Numbered from the stretch's first letter, positions 19,258 through 30,102 are shown. The stretch: 64,000 nucleotides of DNA from Marinicella sp. (GCA_965230295.1 OZ246001.1:1856001-1920000), one strand, 5' to 3'. Program-made: numbers and translations. The notes: generated from the letters alone by a model not told the origin.

Positions 19258-20687
19258 GCGTTCACTCCCACAGCATCTGCACTGTTGTCTTTTTCTGTAT
19301 GCGCATCAGGACTGGGTGCGCCCTTGATGGTTTTCCATGTGTTGTATGCCTGAATCAAAGCCCCAATCAAGAACAACACACCGCCAATCACCCGGATGAC
19401 GTAATAAGGGTAAGTGGCTTCTATACTTTCAACATGGCTATAAACCAATGAGCCATTGGCATCCACTTCACGCCACATCAAGCCTTGCATCACACCGGCA
19501 ATCCACATCGATGCGATGTACAGCACGATGCCTAAGGTGGCTATCCAGAAATGCACGTTGATCAGGTGGGTGCTGTACATGCCAGCTCGGCCCCACAAAC
19601 GCGGCACCAGGGTGTACATAGAAGCCATGGTCATTAAGGCCACCCAACCCAATGCGCCAGAATGCACATGGCCGATGGTCCAGTCTGTGTAGTGTGACAA
19701 GGCATTGACGGTTTTGATCGACATCATGGGCCCTTCAAAAGTACTCATACCATAGAATGACAGGGCCACAATCATCATTTTTATGATCGGATCAGATCGC
19801 AGTTTGTCCCATGCACCAGATAAGGTCATCATGCCGTTGATCATGCCGCCCCAGGAGGGTGCCAACAAGATCAAAGAAAAGACCATGCCCAATGACTGTG
19901 CCCAATCGGGTAATGATGTGTATTGTAAGTGGTGTGGTCCAGCCCACATGTAAGTCGAAACCAAGGCCCAAAAATGCACAATGGATAAACGGTATGAATA
20001 AACCGGGCGTTCAGCTTGTTTGGGAACAAAGTAATACATCATTCCCAAGAAACCGGCGGTCAGGAAAAAGCCTACCGCATTGTGCCCATACCACCACTGG
20101 GTTAAGGCATCAACCGCGCCTGAGAACACCGGGTAAGACAAGTGCCAATTCACCGGTATCGCCAGATTGTTGACAATGTGCAACACCGCGACGGTGATGA
20201 TGAATGCCGCATAGAACCAATTGGCCACATAGATGTGTTTAACAGTGCGGGTGGCGATGGTGCCGAAATAAACAATGGCATACAGCACCCAAACAACCGT
20301 CAAAAGTACATCCAATGGCCATATCAATTCAGCATACTCTTTGCCTTGAGTGAATCCGAATGGCAGGGTTAAAGCCGCACCTACTATGACCAATTGATAA
20401 CCCCAAAACACCACACTGGCCAAGGTGTTGGAATACAATTTCACCTGACAAGTTCGCTGTGCGATGTAAAAGGAGGTTCCCAACAGCGCATTGCCGCCAA
20501 ATGCAAAAATCACCGCATTGGTATGCAGTGGCCTGAGGCGAGAATACGTAAGCCAAGGAATATCAAAATTGAATGCCGGCCATGCCAGTTGAATGGCAAT
20601 AAAAACGCCAACCAACATACCAACAATTCCCCAAAATATTGTTGCAATGGTGAATTGCTTAACTACTCTATCGTTAAAATCAATCAT
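19254..20687 (-). CDS. ccoN: cbb3 cytochrome c oxidase subunit I
   Basis: [35 protein letters not shown]. Confidence 0.98.
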   Translation of the reverse strand: MIDFNDRVVKQFTIATIFWGIVGMLVGVFIAIQLAWPAFNFDIPWLTYSRLRPLHTNAVIFAFGGNALLGTSFYIAQRTCQVKLYSNTLASVVFWGYQLVIVGAALTLPFGFTQGKEYAELIWPLDVLLTVVWVLYAIVYFGTIATRTVKHIYVANWFYAAFIITVAVLHIVNNLAIPVNWHLSYPVFSGAVDALTQWWYGHNAVGFFLTAGFLGMMYYFVPKQAERPVYSYRLSIVHFWALVSTYMWAGPHHLQYTSLPDWAQSLGMVFSLILLAPSWGGMINGMMTLSGAWDKLRSDPIIKMMIVALSFYGMSTFEGPMMSIKTVNALSHYTDWTIGHVHSGALGWVALMTMASMYTLVPRLWGRAGMYSTHLINVHFWIATLGIVLYIASMWIAGVMQGLMWREVDANGSLVYSHVESIEATYPYYVIRVIGGVLFLIGALIQAYNTWKTIKGAPSPDAHTEKDNSADAVGVNA

Positions 20688-20726
20688 ATTTTCAATCTAA
20701 TGTTGCCCATTTAGTGATTGGCTTGA

Positions 20727-20769
20727 ATTATAATGACTGCAATAGCTTGGAGAGGTTGACCTATGTCAA
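20727..20769 (-). promoter_or_regulatory. FNR-type box (TTGAC-CTAT-GTCAA, 20756-20769) with TATAAT -10 (20732-20727) for ccoN
   Basis: Perfect 5-4-5 palindrome centred about 42 nt upstream of the inferred ccoN start site (class II geometry); divergent fnr-like gene adjacent. Confidence 0.8.
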
Positions 20770-20803
20770 GATTCGAGTACATAAGACCAGAAAAATTGAA
20801 AAT

Positions 20804-21526
20804 ATGCTGAACCCAAACATTCATTTACAAAAATCAAAAACCAGTAATTGTGGCGATTGTGAGTTGTGTACCCATGTGGTGGATAATCGCCGGGTGAGGA
20901 TACAGACCTCTGAAATAGAAGCCATCGAATCGATCATTGATTCACACATCATGATAGAAAAGAATCAAATTGTTTATGAGGCCGGTGCCACCTTTCAAAA
21001 TTTATATACGGTACATTCCGGGATGTTTAAATCGGTGTACTTGACCCACCAAGGTGATGAACGCATCGTTGATGTTTTTATCCCGGGTCAGATCATGGGA
21101 TTTGATGGCATCCATGAAGGTAAGTACAAAACCACCGTCAAGGCTGTCAGTTCAGGGTCTTATTGTGTAATACCATTTTACCCGCTGCAAGAGTTGGCCT
21201 TGAAACACCGGGATATTCAAACCCGCATCATGAAGATGATGAGTGAGAAAATCATCCAATACGAAATCACCCACAGTGAATACAATGCCAAACAAAAACT
21301 GGTCAGTTTCATTAAAGATGTTTCAAATTTATATTTCTCACGGGGGTTTTCTGCCAGTCAGTTTCCCTTTCAAGTGTCACAACGAGATTTGGCCAACTAT
21401 TTGGGTCTGGCGGAAGAAACTTTGAGTCGGGTGTTCACAAAGTTGAAAAAAAATGAAATATTATCTTTGGCAGACCATCAAATAACCATCATAGATATGC
21501 CAAAATTTTTACAAGTGCTGGAGTGA
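20804..21526 (+). CDS. fnr: Crp/Fnr-family regulator (FNR/Anr-like)
   Basis: N-terminal CGDCELC, central YCVIPF cysteine, GFDGI, HTH LANYLGLAEETLSR; start moved to ATG 20804. Confidence 0.8.
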   Translation: MLNPNIHLQKSKTSNCGDCELCTHVVDNRRVRIQTSEIEAIESIIDSHIMIEKNQIVYEAGATFQNLYTVHSGMFKSVYLTHQGDERIVDVFIPGQIMGFDGIHEGKYKTTVKAVSSGSYCVIPFYPLQELALKHRDIQTRIMKMMSEKIIQYEITHSEYNAKQKLVSFIKDVSNLYFSRGFSASQFPFQVSQRDLANYLGLAEETLSRVFTKLKKNEILSLADHQITIIDMPKFLQVLE

Positions 21527-21788
21527 GATTGAATTATTTAACTTCATCCCCATATTGGCACACTGGAGCAGTAAAGCCAGCAAGGTAACATGTTTTACCT
21601 CTGGTTTAGAATAGTCAACCACTCATTATATCCGACTTGTTAGGAATAACATCGGGGGACGAGCATCAGTCACTATTCAAGCATTGAACACACACCTTTG
21701 ACATACCAATGGCATCTTGTGCCGAGGACAAAAGGTGTTTTAAATCACTAATTATCCTTTTGACCAAAGGTATTAATGGAGAACATAA

Positions 21789-22115
21789 ATGAGCGAAAAT
21801 ATTATCCAAGCCACAGACGCCACTTTTGAAGACATCACCAACTCAGATGTACCGGTACTGGTGGACTACTGGGCAGAATGGTGTGGACCATGTCGCATGA
21901 TTGCACCTATTTTGGAAGAAGTTGCTGATGAATTAGATGGCCAGGTTAAAGTGGCCAAGCTGAACATTGAAGACAACAAGGAAACGGCCGTAAAAATGGC
22001 CATCAGAGGTATCCCTACCTTAATGGTGTTCAAAAATGGTGAAGTCATTGATCAACACGTGGGTGCGGTATCAAAAGGCCAGCTGATGGACTTTTTGAGC
22101 AAACACACTTCATAA
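21789..22115 (+). CDS. trxA: Thioredoxin
   Basis: [15 protein letters not shown]; upstream of rho. Confidence 0.97.
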   Translation: MSENIIQATDATFEDITNSDVPVLVDYWAEWCGPCRMIAPILEEVADELDGQVKVAKLNIEDNKETAVKMAIRGIPTLMVFKNGEVIDQHVGAVSKGQLMDFLSKHTS

Positions 22116-22125
22116 ATCGGATAAA

Positions 22126-22158
22126 GCGCCTGAATTTCAGTCTATTCAGGCGTTTTTT
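22126..22158 (+). terminator. Rho-independent terminator after trxA
   Basis: GCGCCTGAAT/ATTCAGGCGT stem plus T-run. Confidence 0.85.
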
Positions 22159-22169
22159 ACTTTTCAGGC

Positions 22170-22198
22170 TGGACAGTCACAAACTAACATGGTAGTTT
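22170..22198 (+). promoter_or_regulatory. Putative sigma70 promoter of rho, followed by a ~160 nt C>G leader
   Basis: TGGACA-N17-TAGTTT with extended TG; long leader fits known rho autoregulation. Confidence 0.55.
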
Positions 22199-22361
22199 AT
22201 ACACCATCAATTCCGACAAGCCTTTTGTCGAAAGCTTAATCCTTAAAATTTAACTGGCTCACATCTCACATGCATGATGTCGTGTCGTTAATTAAGGGCA
22301 TTTATTAACTGACTAACAAACCTCAATCACCATACAGGCATTCTGCCACTAACCAAGTCTT

Positions 22362-23618
22362 ATGAACCTATCAGAACTTAAACAAATGTCGACACCTAAG
22401 TTGACTGAAATTGCCAAGAAAACCGGCGTTGAAACCCGTTCACGTGTACACAAACAACAAATGATTTTTTCTATTTTGAAAAAACATGCCAAAAAAGGAG
22501 AAGACATTTTTGGCGATGGTGTGCTTGAAGTGTTGCCAGATGGTTTTGGTTTTTTGCGAGCCCCGGAGGGATCTTATCAGGCAGGGCCCGATGACATCTA
22601 TGTCTCTCCCAGTCAAATCAGGCGATTTGGCTTACAAACGGGTGATACCATTGTCGGAAAAATCAGGCCTCCGAAAGATTCTGAGCGCTACTTTGCTTTG
22701 TTACAAGTCAGCACCATCAACTATGAGCCGCCTGAAAACACCAAAGGCAAAATTATTTTTGAAAACCTCACTCCACTGTTTGCCACAGAGCAATTAAAAA
22801 TGGAACGTGGGGATGGCTCAAGAGAAGACTTGACCACCCGCATCATTGATTTGGTGGCTCCCATTGGTAAAGGCCAGCGTGGCTTGATCGTGTCACCACC
22901 CAAAGCGGGTAAAACCATGATCTTGCAAAACATAGCCACTTCAATTGCTTTGAACAACCCGGAGGCCAAATTATTTGTGTTGTTGATTGATGAGCGACCA
23001 GAAGAGGTCACCGACATGCAGCGTACGGTCAAAGGTGAGGTGATAGCATCAACCTTTGATGAGCCAGCCACCCGACACGTACAAGTGGCAGACATGGTGA
23101 TTGAACGAGCCAAGCGCTTGGTCGAGCACAAACAAGATGTGATTATTTTGTTGGATTCGATCACCCGTCTGGCCAGAGCCTATAACACCGTAACACCGGC
23201 TTCAGGCAAAATCCTCACCGGTGGTGTGGATGCCAATGCCTTGCATCGCCCGAAAAAATTCTTTGGCGCAGCCAGGAACGTGGAAGAGGGTGGTTCTTTG
23301 ACCATCATCGCCACCGGTTTGGTTGAAACGGGGTCGAAAATGGATGAGGTGATTTTTGAAGAGTTTAAAGGTACCGGTAACATGGAAGTCCATTTGGATC
23401 GACGTGCAGCCGAAAAACGCATCTGGCCAGCCCTGAACATCAATAAATCAGGCACCCGTCGTGAAGACTTGATTGTGGATCCGGACTTCCTTGCCAAAGC
23501 ACACATCTTGCGAAAAATTTTGAATCCTATGGATGATTTGCAGGCGGTGGAATTTTTGCTAGAAAAACTCAAAGACACCAAAACCAACGAAGAATTCTTT
23601 ACTTCAATGAAGCGTTGA
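22362..23618 (+). CDS. rho: Transcription termination factor Rho
   Basis: [39 protein letters not shown]. Confidence 0.99.
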   Translation: MNLSELKQMSTPKLTEIAKKTGVETRSRVHKQQMIFSILKKHAKKGEDIFGDGVLEVLPDGFGFLRAPEGSYQAGPDDIYVSPSQIRRFGLQTGDTIVGKIRPPKDSERYFALLQVSTINYEPPENTKGKIIFENLTPLFATEQLKMERGDGSREDLTTRIIDLVAPIGKGQRGLIVSPPKAGKTMILQNIATSIALNNPEAKLFVLLIDERPEEVTDMQRTVKGEVIASTFDEPATRHVQVADMVIERAKRLVEHKQDVIILLDSITRLARAYNTVTPASGKILTGGVDANALHRPKKFFGAARNVEEGGSLTIIATGLVETGSKMDEVIFEEFKGTGNMEVHLDRRAAEKRIWPALNINKSGTRREDLIVDPDFLAKAHILRKILNPMDDLQAVEFLLEKLKDTKTNEEFFTSMKR

Positions 23619-23624
23619 TACATT

Positions 23625-23756
23625 CACTTTGAAACAGCCTGTCCTGAGCCTGTTGAAGGGCTCAGTGGCCGCATCCGTTGGCTGAGTACTTCGACCAGCT
23701 CAGCACTGGCTGGAGTCGAAGCCACAACCTGGGAGCGTGAACTTCAGTCCACGTTC
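23625..23756. repeat. Cluster of nested CTTCGAC-N-GCTCAG / CTGAGC-N-GTCGAAG palindromes plus one GGAG-type REP
   Basis: CCTGAGCCTGTTGAAGGG, CTTCGACCAGCTCAGC, GGCTGAG...GTCGAAGCC; GGAGCGTGAACTTCAGTCCACGTTC at 23732-23756. Confidence 0.7.
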
Positions 23757-23857
23757 ATCGTTGAAACGAAGCGCACCGACCAAAACCGGCTTTCTGATCA
23801 TTCAGAGTAACCACAAAATCTAACCACATTCTCACCATCATTGGTTACAATAAACCC

Positions 23858-25375
23858 ATGCCCATTTCGTCCAGAAATACCTATGCAGCCATCGACTTGG
23901 GGTCGAATTCCTTCCACTTATTGGTCGCCACGTTCAAATCGGGTCAAATCTATCCAGTCGATTCAGTCAAGCAGATGGTCCGCTTGGCTGCAGGATTAGA
24001 TGCAGACAAAAACATTTCAACCGAATACCTGAATAAAGCCTATGAGTCGCTGGAATCCATGGCCGCCAGGATTGAAAACATCCCCATTGATCATATCAGA
24101 ATAGTGGGTACCAACACCCTCAGGGTGGCCAAAAACTCAGCTACATTTCTGGCTCGAGCAGAACACATTTTGCGGCATGAAATAGAAATCATTTCTGGCC
24201 GTGAGGAAGCTCGGATGTTGTACTTGGGTGTGGCCCAATCAACCAGTGACAGCCCGGCCAAAAAATTGGTGATGGACATTGGAGGTGGCAGTACGGAGTT
24301 GATCATTGGTGAAGGCATGAGGCCGGAAAAAAGAGAAAGTCTATACATGGGCTGTGTCAGTTACACCCGCAAATACTTCAATGATGGCGTGATCAATGAC
24401 AGCAATTGGAAACGGGCAGTCATCCATGCCTTGCAAGAACTCAACCCTTTTGTGCAAATGTTCAAACAACAAGGTTGGGAACACAGTGTCGGTGCATCAG
24501 GGACCATGCGGGCAACCGCCAAAATATTGGAGGCCAATGGTTGGTCTGATACGGGCATATCATTGACTGGATTGGAGGCATTAAGACAACGGTGCATGGA
24601 TTTGGGACACATTGACCAACTGGACCAACTCAATGGGTTGAGTGAAGAGCGGCGACCTGTTTTCATCGGTGGCTTGGCCATTGTGTATGCTTTGATGAAA
24701 GCCCTATCCATCAATAACATGGACGTTTCTATCGGGGCTTTGCGTGAAGGCTTGTTGTATGAGTTGTTGGATGGCCCCAAACAGATCTCAGTCACCCAGC
24801 GCAGCATCCGTAAACTCAGCGAGCAGTTCACCATCGACTCAGTTCATGCAGAAAGTGTGCATCGACACAGTGAAGACATACTGGGTCATTTGAATATCAA
24901 AATAAAAAAACGAATTCTAGCGTTACTCAATGGTGCCATCAGGCTGCATGAGTTGGGGCTGTCAATTGCCCACAGCCAATACCATAAAATAGGCGCCTAT
25001 GTGATTCAACATGCCGATATGCCAGGGTTTTCGAACCAACAAAAACTCATCATGTCGACCTTGGTTCGTTTGCACCGCCGTAAAATCAGCAAATCTGTCT
25101 TGGCACAATTAACCCAGCGCCAGTACAAACTGGTGGTTCCAGCACTGGTGGTATTGCGGCTGTCAGTGGTGTTTGCCCGCAACCGCCATTTTGAGCCAGT
25201 TCCTTTAGAATCTGTGCGTTGGCAAGGTGACACCATAGACCTTTGCATCAATCCCGATTGGTTGATCGATCATCCCTTGATCAAAGCCGATTTAAAAGAT
25301 GAAGTGAAGCGATTAAACGCGATCAACATTGAACTTAAGCTCAATCAACCGCAAACAGCTGTTGCAAGTCTTTGA
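23858..25375 (+). CDS. ppx: Exopolyphosphatase / Ppx-GppA family
   Basis: AAIDLGSNSFH, ISGREEAR, DIGGGSTE, ALREG, C-terminal HD-like domain. Confidence 0.9.
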   Translation: MPISSRNTYAAIDLGSNSFHLLVATFKSGQIYPVDSVKQMVRLAAGLDADKNISTEYLNKAYESLESMAARIENIPIDHIRIVGTNTLRVAKNSATFLARAEHILRHEIEIISGREEARMLYLGVAQSTSDSPAKKLVMDIGGGSTELIIGEGMRPEKRESLYMGCVSYTRKYFNDGVINDSNWKRAVIHALQELNPFVQMFKQQGWEHSVGASGTMRATAKILEANGWSDTGISLTGLEALRQRCMDLGHIDQLDQLNGLSEERRPVFIGGLAIVYALMKALSINNMDVSIGALREGLLYELLDGPKQISVTQRSIRKLSEQFTIDSVHAESVHRHSEDILGHLNIKIKKRILALLNGAIRLHELGLSIAHSQYHKIGAYVIQHADMPGFSNQQKLIMSTLVRLHRRKISKSVLAQLTQRQYKLVVPALVVLRLSVVFARNRHFEPVPLESVRWQGDTIDLCINPDWLIDHPLIKADLKDEVKRLNAINIELKLNQPQTAVASL

Positions 25376-25772
25376 ACGCTTTGAATTCCAAAGCATTGCC
25401 TGAAGGGTCCAAAAAAAACAAAGTGGCTTGTTCTCCAGCCAGCCCTTTGAAACGCACATAGGGTTCGATGATAAAGTCAGTACCAGCTGCGGTTAGTTTG
25501 TCGGCCAGTTGTTGCCAGTCAGACATGGACAAGACCACACCAAAATGAGGAACCGGTACGCCGTGAGCATCCACCTCATTGTTGATCAAGCGAACTTGCC
25601 CGTCATCTCCTAAGGACTCATCTAGATGACAGACCAATTGGTGACCATACAAATCCAAGTCTACCCACTGAGATGAAGAGCGACCGGGTTGGCAACCCAG
25701 GGTGTTGATGTAAAAATCTTTGGCTTCAGCGATGTTGCGCACAGGAATGGCTAAATGAAATGGATTGATCAT
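25341..25772 (-). CDS. VOC/glyoxalase family protein
   Basis: PFHLAIPV, GHQLVCH, VPVPHFG, DPSGNALEFK. Confidence 0.9.
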   Translation of the reverse strand: MINPFHLAIPVRNIAEAKDFYINTLGCQPGRSSSQWVDLDLYGHQLVCHLDESLGDDGQVRLINNEVDAHGVPVPHFGVVLSMSDWQQLADKLTAAGTDFIIEPYVRFKGLAGEQATLFFLDPSGNALEFKAFKDLQQLFAVD

Positions 25773-25828
25773 GGTACAAATTTGTTAGAATTAAACCACG
25801 CCACATCATAACAGCCAGAGTTGATCTT

Positions 25829-26959
25829 TTGAAAGTCATTTTAAACGTCGATGCCATCACCCACCCCATCACTGGAATTGGACAGTATGCCCTTGCGTTG
25901 GGGCAGCAACTTAACAAGCATGCAGAAATCGACGCCATCAAATTTTTTTCTGCTGATCGCTGGGTTGATCAACTGGACACAGCGGAGGCACAAAACCGCT
26001 GGCTCAGTCAATTGCGCCAATGGATCCCGTTCAAGTCCTTGGCATTGAATCTTTATGGGCATCGGCGAGCCAAAAAATTCAAACAACTGACAGAAGGACT
26101 TGAGGATCACGTGTTTCACAGTCCTAACTTTGTGTTGATGGCATTTGCAGGTCGTTCATTGGCCACTTTTCATGATTTGTCTTTTGTGCATTACCGCGAT
26201 ACCCAACCGAATTATCGCCTGCGGTATTTGGACCGTGAAATTCCCAAGACCTTGTCCCAGGCAGACGCCATACTGACACCATCTGAGCATGTAAAGCAAG
26301 AAATCATTGACCACTATGGTTTTCCGGCCGAACAGATTCAAGTCACCCCGTTGGGGGTAACCGCAGGGTTTCAAAAACGCAGCGAAGATGAAATAAAGCC
26401 CACATTGGCCAGCCATCAATTGTCATACAAACAATATATATTGTCGGTGGCTACCACAGAGCCCAGAAAGAACTTGCCTAGATTGCTGGCCGCCTATGGT
26501 CAGTTGCCAGATTCATTGAGATCAAGTCACCCTTTGGTTTTGGTTGGTTCGGCGGGTTGGTTAAACAATGATTTGAACAGTCAAATTCGTTCAATGGTCA
26601 GCCAAGGTCAAATCATTGCTCCAGGCTATGTCAGCCAACAACAACTCCAACACCTGTATGCCGGAGCCAAAATCATGGCCTTACCTTCCTTGTATGAAGG
26701 TTTTGGTCTGCCCATCATTGAAGCCATGGCTTCAGGTTCAGCGGTGCTCACCAGCTTCAACTCAGCCATGCAAGAAGTGGCAGGCTCTCATGCCATGTTG
26801 TGTGACCCACTGGATGTGGACAGCATTGAAGTGGGACTGAGGGCCGCCATTGAAGATGATGCTTGGCGACACCAGGCAGAAATCAATGGTCTGAGCCACA
26901 GCGCACAGTTCACTTGGCGACGTTGTGCGGAAGCAACGGTCAAAGCTTATCAAATGTAA
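25829..26959 (+). CDS. Glycosyltransferase family 4
   Basis: TGIGQY, TFHDL, EPRKNL, PSLYEGFGLPIIEAMASG. Confidence 0.93.
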   Translation: MKVILNVDAITHPITGIGQYALALGQQLNKHAEIDAIKFFSADRWVDQLDTAEAQNRWLSQLRQWIPFKSLALNLYGHRRAKKFKQLTEGLEDHVFHSPNFVLMAFAGRSLATFHDLSFVHYRDTQPNYRLRYLDREIPKTLSQADAILTPSEHVKQEIIDHYGFPAEQIQVTPLGVTAGFQKRSEDEIKPTLASHQLSYKQYILSVATTEPRKNLPRLLAAYGQLPDSLRSSHPLVLVGSAGWLNNDLNSQIRSMVSQGQIIAPGYVSQQQLQHLYAGAKIMALPSLYEGFGLPIIEAMASGSAVLTSFNSAMQEVAGSHAMLCDPLDVDSIEVGLRAAIEDDAWRHQAEINGLSHSAQFTWRRCAEATVKAYQM

Positions 26960-26976
26960 AATGACTGAACCACCTT

Positions 26977-27396
26977 TTACAGGCTCAGGAAGGTCTGTAA
27001 ATGTTCCAGTTCTTCTTGCCAGCCACCGACATTGTCTTGTCTGGACTCAGGTGATTTAAAGCCCGACTCAATCAACAACAACTCAGTACCGCCTTCGGGC
27101 AGTGCTGTTAACCGCCATTCAACCAAGGTAGATTCATCTTCACTGAAAGGGATGTCTTTGAATCGCATCCAGCGCCATGCAAAGTAAGTCATGGGCTCGA
27201 CAGCTTCGACCCGCATGGCAAACTGGCCATGATGTTCCCATCCTAACCAACCCAAAGCACCGGCTTTGAGTTCAAATTCAGCACTTTCCCCAAACCATTG
27301 TCCAATGCTGTCAGGGTCGGTGATGGCTAGCCAGACTTTTTCCTGGCTGGATTTTAGGGTCAGGGTACGTTCGATGTTTCTGGTTTCATGTGTCAT
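26977..27396 (-). CDS. SRPBCC/AHSA1 domain protein
   Basis: EKVWLAITDP..WF, TLVEWRL, ESGF, GW; coupled to an ArsR gene. Confidence 0.88.
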   Translation of the reverse strand: MTHETRNIERTLTLKSSQEKVWLAITDPDSIGQWFGESAEFELKAGALGWLGWEHHGQFAMRVEAVEPMTYFAWRWMRFKDIPFSEDESTLVEWRLTALPEGGTELLLIESGFKSPESRQDNVGGWQEELEHLQTFLSL

Positions 27397-27697
27397 CAGG
27401 TTCTCCCAAAAAAGTCTTTAATTTGTCCAGTCGCCGATCCCATAAAGCAGCATAGGGTTGCAACCAGTCGGCCACTTGTTTCAATGGTTCGGCATTCAGT
27501 TGGTGCAAGCGCTGCTTGCCTACCATCTGGGTTTGTACCAAGCCGGTTTTAACCAAAACGTTCAAATGTTTGGTCACAGCTTGGCGGGTGATTTGGCGGT
27601 TTTTGGTCAAGGTACTGATCGATTGTTTGGGCTGTTCTTTCAAACAGGCCAAAATGTCTCTTCTGACCGGGTCAGCCATTGCTTTAAAAATATCCAT
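27386..27697 (-). CDS. ArsR/SmtB-family regulator
   Basis: FKAMADPVRRDIL, TRQAVTKHLNVL, WDRRLDKL; start at MDIFK. Confidence 0.9.
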   Translation of the reverse strand: MDIFKAMADPVRRDILACLKEQPKQSISTLTKNRQITRQAVTKHLNVLVKTGLVQTQMVGKQRLHQLNAEPLKQVADWLQPYAALWDRRLDKLKTFLGEPDDT

Positions 27698-27710
27698 GAA
27701 TGAATTATAC

Positions 27711-27726
27711 GCAACCACATGGTTGC
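27711..27726 (-). promoter_or_regulatory. Probable ArsR autorepression operator GCAACC-ACAT-GGTTGC
   Basis: Perfect 6-4-6 palindrome 14 nt upstream of the arsR start, overlapping the promoter region. Confidence 0.7.
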
Positions 27727-27833
27727 ATGTAAAGTAAAACCTGAAGTACCTGGTTATTGAATGTGCCAATGTTCATTGGAAAACCAATTCAATTCATGAA
27801 AAAATATCTTGATCTAATAACCACACTATAGCT

Positions 27834-29036
27834 ATGCAAAACTGGAAAAAAACATCACTGCTTACCCTCGTTGCTTTTATGGTTGTACTGGCAGGAACGT
27901 TTTATTTTTTCAAAATTAACATTTCCTTTCCTTCTCATCAAATAACATTTTCACCAGAGCTGGATCGTGATCGCGACGAAATCAAATGGGTTGGTGAGCA
28001 ACCCAAAAACATCATTGTGTTCATCGCTGATGGTATGGGTTTTGGACATTTGACTTTGGCCATGCACACCCAACAAACAGAATCCACCCCTTCAGTCTGG
28101 CAGTCATTTGAGGTCAAAGGATGGCACGATGCCCGATCGAATTACGGACCTTTAACGGACTCTGAAGCAGGCGCAACAGCCATGTCAACAGGTGTTTCAA
28201 CACGATTTGGTTACATTGGTATCGATGGAGGAGCTCAGCCCGTATCCAATATTTTTGAAGTGGCTGCGGCCCATCAATATGCCACCGGCGTGGTGACCGA
28301 TTCTTATGTTTGGGATGGAACGCCAGCTGGCTTTGTTGCCCACTCCAACGATGAAGATGATGCCAGAGACTTGTTGACACAACTGGCCAACAGCGACTTG
28401 GATTTGGTTTTTGGTGAGCTTGAAGATTTGGGTGAGGGTGATGTACCGGAACTTGAAGAAAGCATAGACATTATGAGCACCCGGTTTCATTTGCTTGATG
28501 GGTCATTGGATTTGCCAACTGGGTCAGACCAATCTAAGCCTGTGGCTGTTTTGTTTGCAGAAGATGAAATCCAAGACCTTGATTCAAAGCCCAATCTGAC
28601 ACGGCTTACAGAAGTGGCTTTGACCTATTTATCTGCCAAAGACCAGCCTTTCTTGTTATTGGTAGAAAGTGAAGAACTGGATTCAGCTTCACACACCAAT
28701 GACGCTTCCAGGGTCATTAAAGGGTTGCAATCGATTCAGGATGCGCTTGCCTTAATTCTAGAGTTTGTCAAAAACAATGGTGATACTTTGGTGGTTTTTA
28801 CCTCTGACCATGAAACAGGTGGCCTGGCCGTTCTGGCAGATTATGATGATTATCCTGATATGCATTTACGCTGGTCTACTAAAGAACACTCGGCAGCTGT
28901 GGTACCGTTGTTTGCTTATGGCCCAGGTGCTGAATTGTTTGCCCAGGTTGAGAGAAACAATGAGGTTGGCATCATTCTGAAGTATTTGCTCCAAGACCAA
29001 TCACCTGTTGATACAGCAGAGGATGTTTCTGAGTGA
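27834..29036 (+). CDS. Alkaline phosphatase (PhoA family)
   Basis: IADGMG, TDSEAGATA (Ser nucleophile), DSASH, TSDHETGG; N-terminal TM/signal. Confidence 0.88.
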   Translation: MQNWKKTSLLTLVAFMVVLAGTFYFFKINISFPSHQITFSPELDRDRDEIKWVGEQPKNIIVFIADGMGFGHLTLAMHTQQTESTPSVWQSFEVKGWHDARSNYGPLTDSEAGATAMSTGVSTRFGYIGIDGGAQPVSNIFEVAAAHQYATGVVTDSYVWDGTPAGFVAHSNDEDDARDLLTQLANSDLDLVFGELEDLGEGDVPELEESIDIMSTRFHLLDGSLDLPTGSDQSKPVAVLFAEDEIQDLDSKPNLTRLTEVALTYLSAKDQPFLLLVESEELDSASHTNDASRVIKGLQSIQDALALILEFVKNNGDTLVVFTSDHETGGLAVLADYDDYPDMHLRWSTKEHSAAVVPLFAYGPGAELFAQVERNNEVGIILKYLLQDQSPVDTAEDVSE

Positions 29037-29196
29037 AGTTGCAAACGATATACCGGCCAATAATTTTCAAAGAGACCAGATGAATGCAGTTGGCCCTTAA
29101 ATGAAGTCCTGAAGACAATCCTATTTAATTGAATCAAGAACTGTAACTTTATTTAACAATCGAGATTTGTTTCATGGATTAACATGACTTGATTTA

Positions 29197-30102
29197 ATGT
29201 GTGGGAAAACCCTTGTGTATAAAGCGCTAACAGTTTTGGGTGTGGCAGTTTTTGCAACAGTCTTTGAATATCAAACCATGGTTCGGATTGAAAACATCAG
29301 GTGGGTCAATGCCTTGGTTGAAATCATCATTACCTTGTTGGGGGCCTATTTATTTATTTGGAAAAAGCCTGTCATCAACCGCAGAATCATCACTTCGCTT
29401 GACGTGGGTTTCTTTTTGTTTTTCTTATCCATGTTGGTTGATTCACTGGATCAATTCTTCATCCACAGTGAACTGTATACCGCAGTCTTTGAGAAATGCA
29501 CATTGTTGGTCAGTATTTATTGCATCATTTATGGCATAGGGAAGTGGTTTGTTTTGAACCAAGATTTAAACAACAAACTGGTGGATAAAACCATCACTGA
29601 TGAACTGACTCAGTTGTTGAACCGCCGAGGCATCATGAGCCACTTGGCTCAATTAAAAGAACAAAACCCACCCATTCCTTATTCTTTCATTGTTATGGAC
29701 ATCGATGATTTTAAAGAAATCAATGATCAATTTGGACATTTTGTGGGAGACCGGACTTTACAACAGATTGGGGTGTTTTTTAACGCTAAGGCCCAGGAAA
29801 ATTGGGCTGTTGGTCGTTGGGGTGGAGAAGAATTCATCATTGTACTATCAAATGTGAAACTCGAAGAAGCACAACAGATTGCTGAAGGTATCAGAACTGA
29901 AGTACAGGAAATTAAGCCGGTGAGGGAAAAGGATGAGTTTCGCATCACCCTCAGCATTGGAGTCAGTGTCTACAATGAAAAAGACCACTCCTATTTAGCA
30001 GCCGTTTGTCGGGCTGATAAACTGCTGTATCAAGCCAAAAGCCTTGGAAAAAATAAAGTGATCTCAGAATTAGATATGCAGGAAGTTGATTGTTGTTCAT
30101 AG
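29197..30102 (+). CDS. Membrane-bound diguanylate cyclase (GGEEF)
   Basis: TM helices; DELTQLLNRR, DIDDFKEIND, RWGGEEF; no obvious RxxD I-site. Confidence 0.92.
   Translation: MCGKTLVYKALTVLGVAVFATVFEYQTMVRIENIRWVNALVEIIITLLGAYLFIWKKPVINRRIITSLDVGFFLFFLSMLVDSLDQFFIHSELYTAVFEKCTLLVSIYCIIYGIGKWFVLNQDLNNKLVDKTITDELTQLLNRRGIMSHLAQLKEQNPPIPYSFIVMDIDDFKEINDQFGHFVGDRTLQQIGVFFNAKAQENWAVGRWGGEEFIIVLSNVKLEEAQQIAEGIRTEVQEIKPVREKDEFRITLSIGVSVYNEKDHSYLAAVCRADKLLYQAKSLGKNKVISELDMQEVDCCS

Noticed and set aside
20714-20803. N-terminal extension of fnr from GTG 20714 (adds a Cys)
   Set aside because: It overlaps the ccoN -10 and FNR box; ATG 20804 gives a normal FNR length. Similar over-extensions were trimmed for surA, rsmA, ccoS, ccoQ, arsR, the oxygenase and cca
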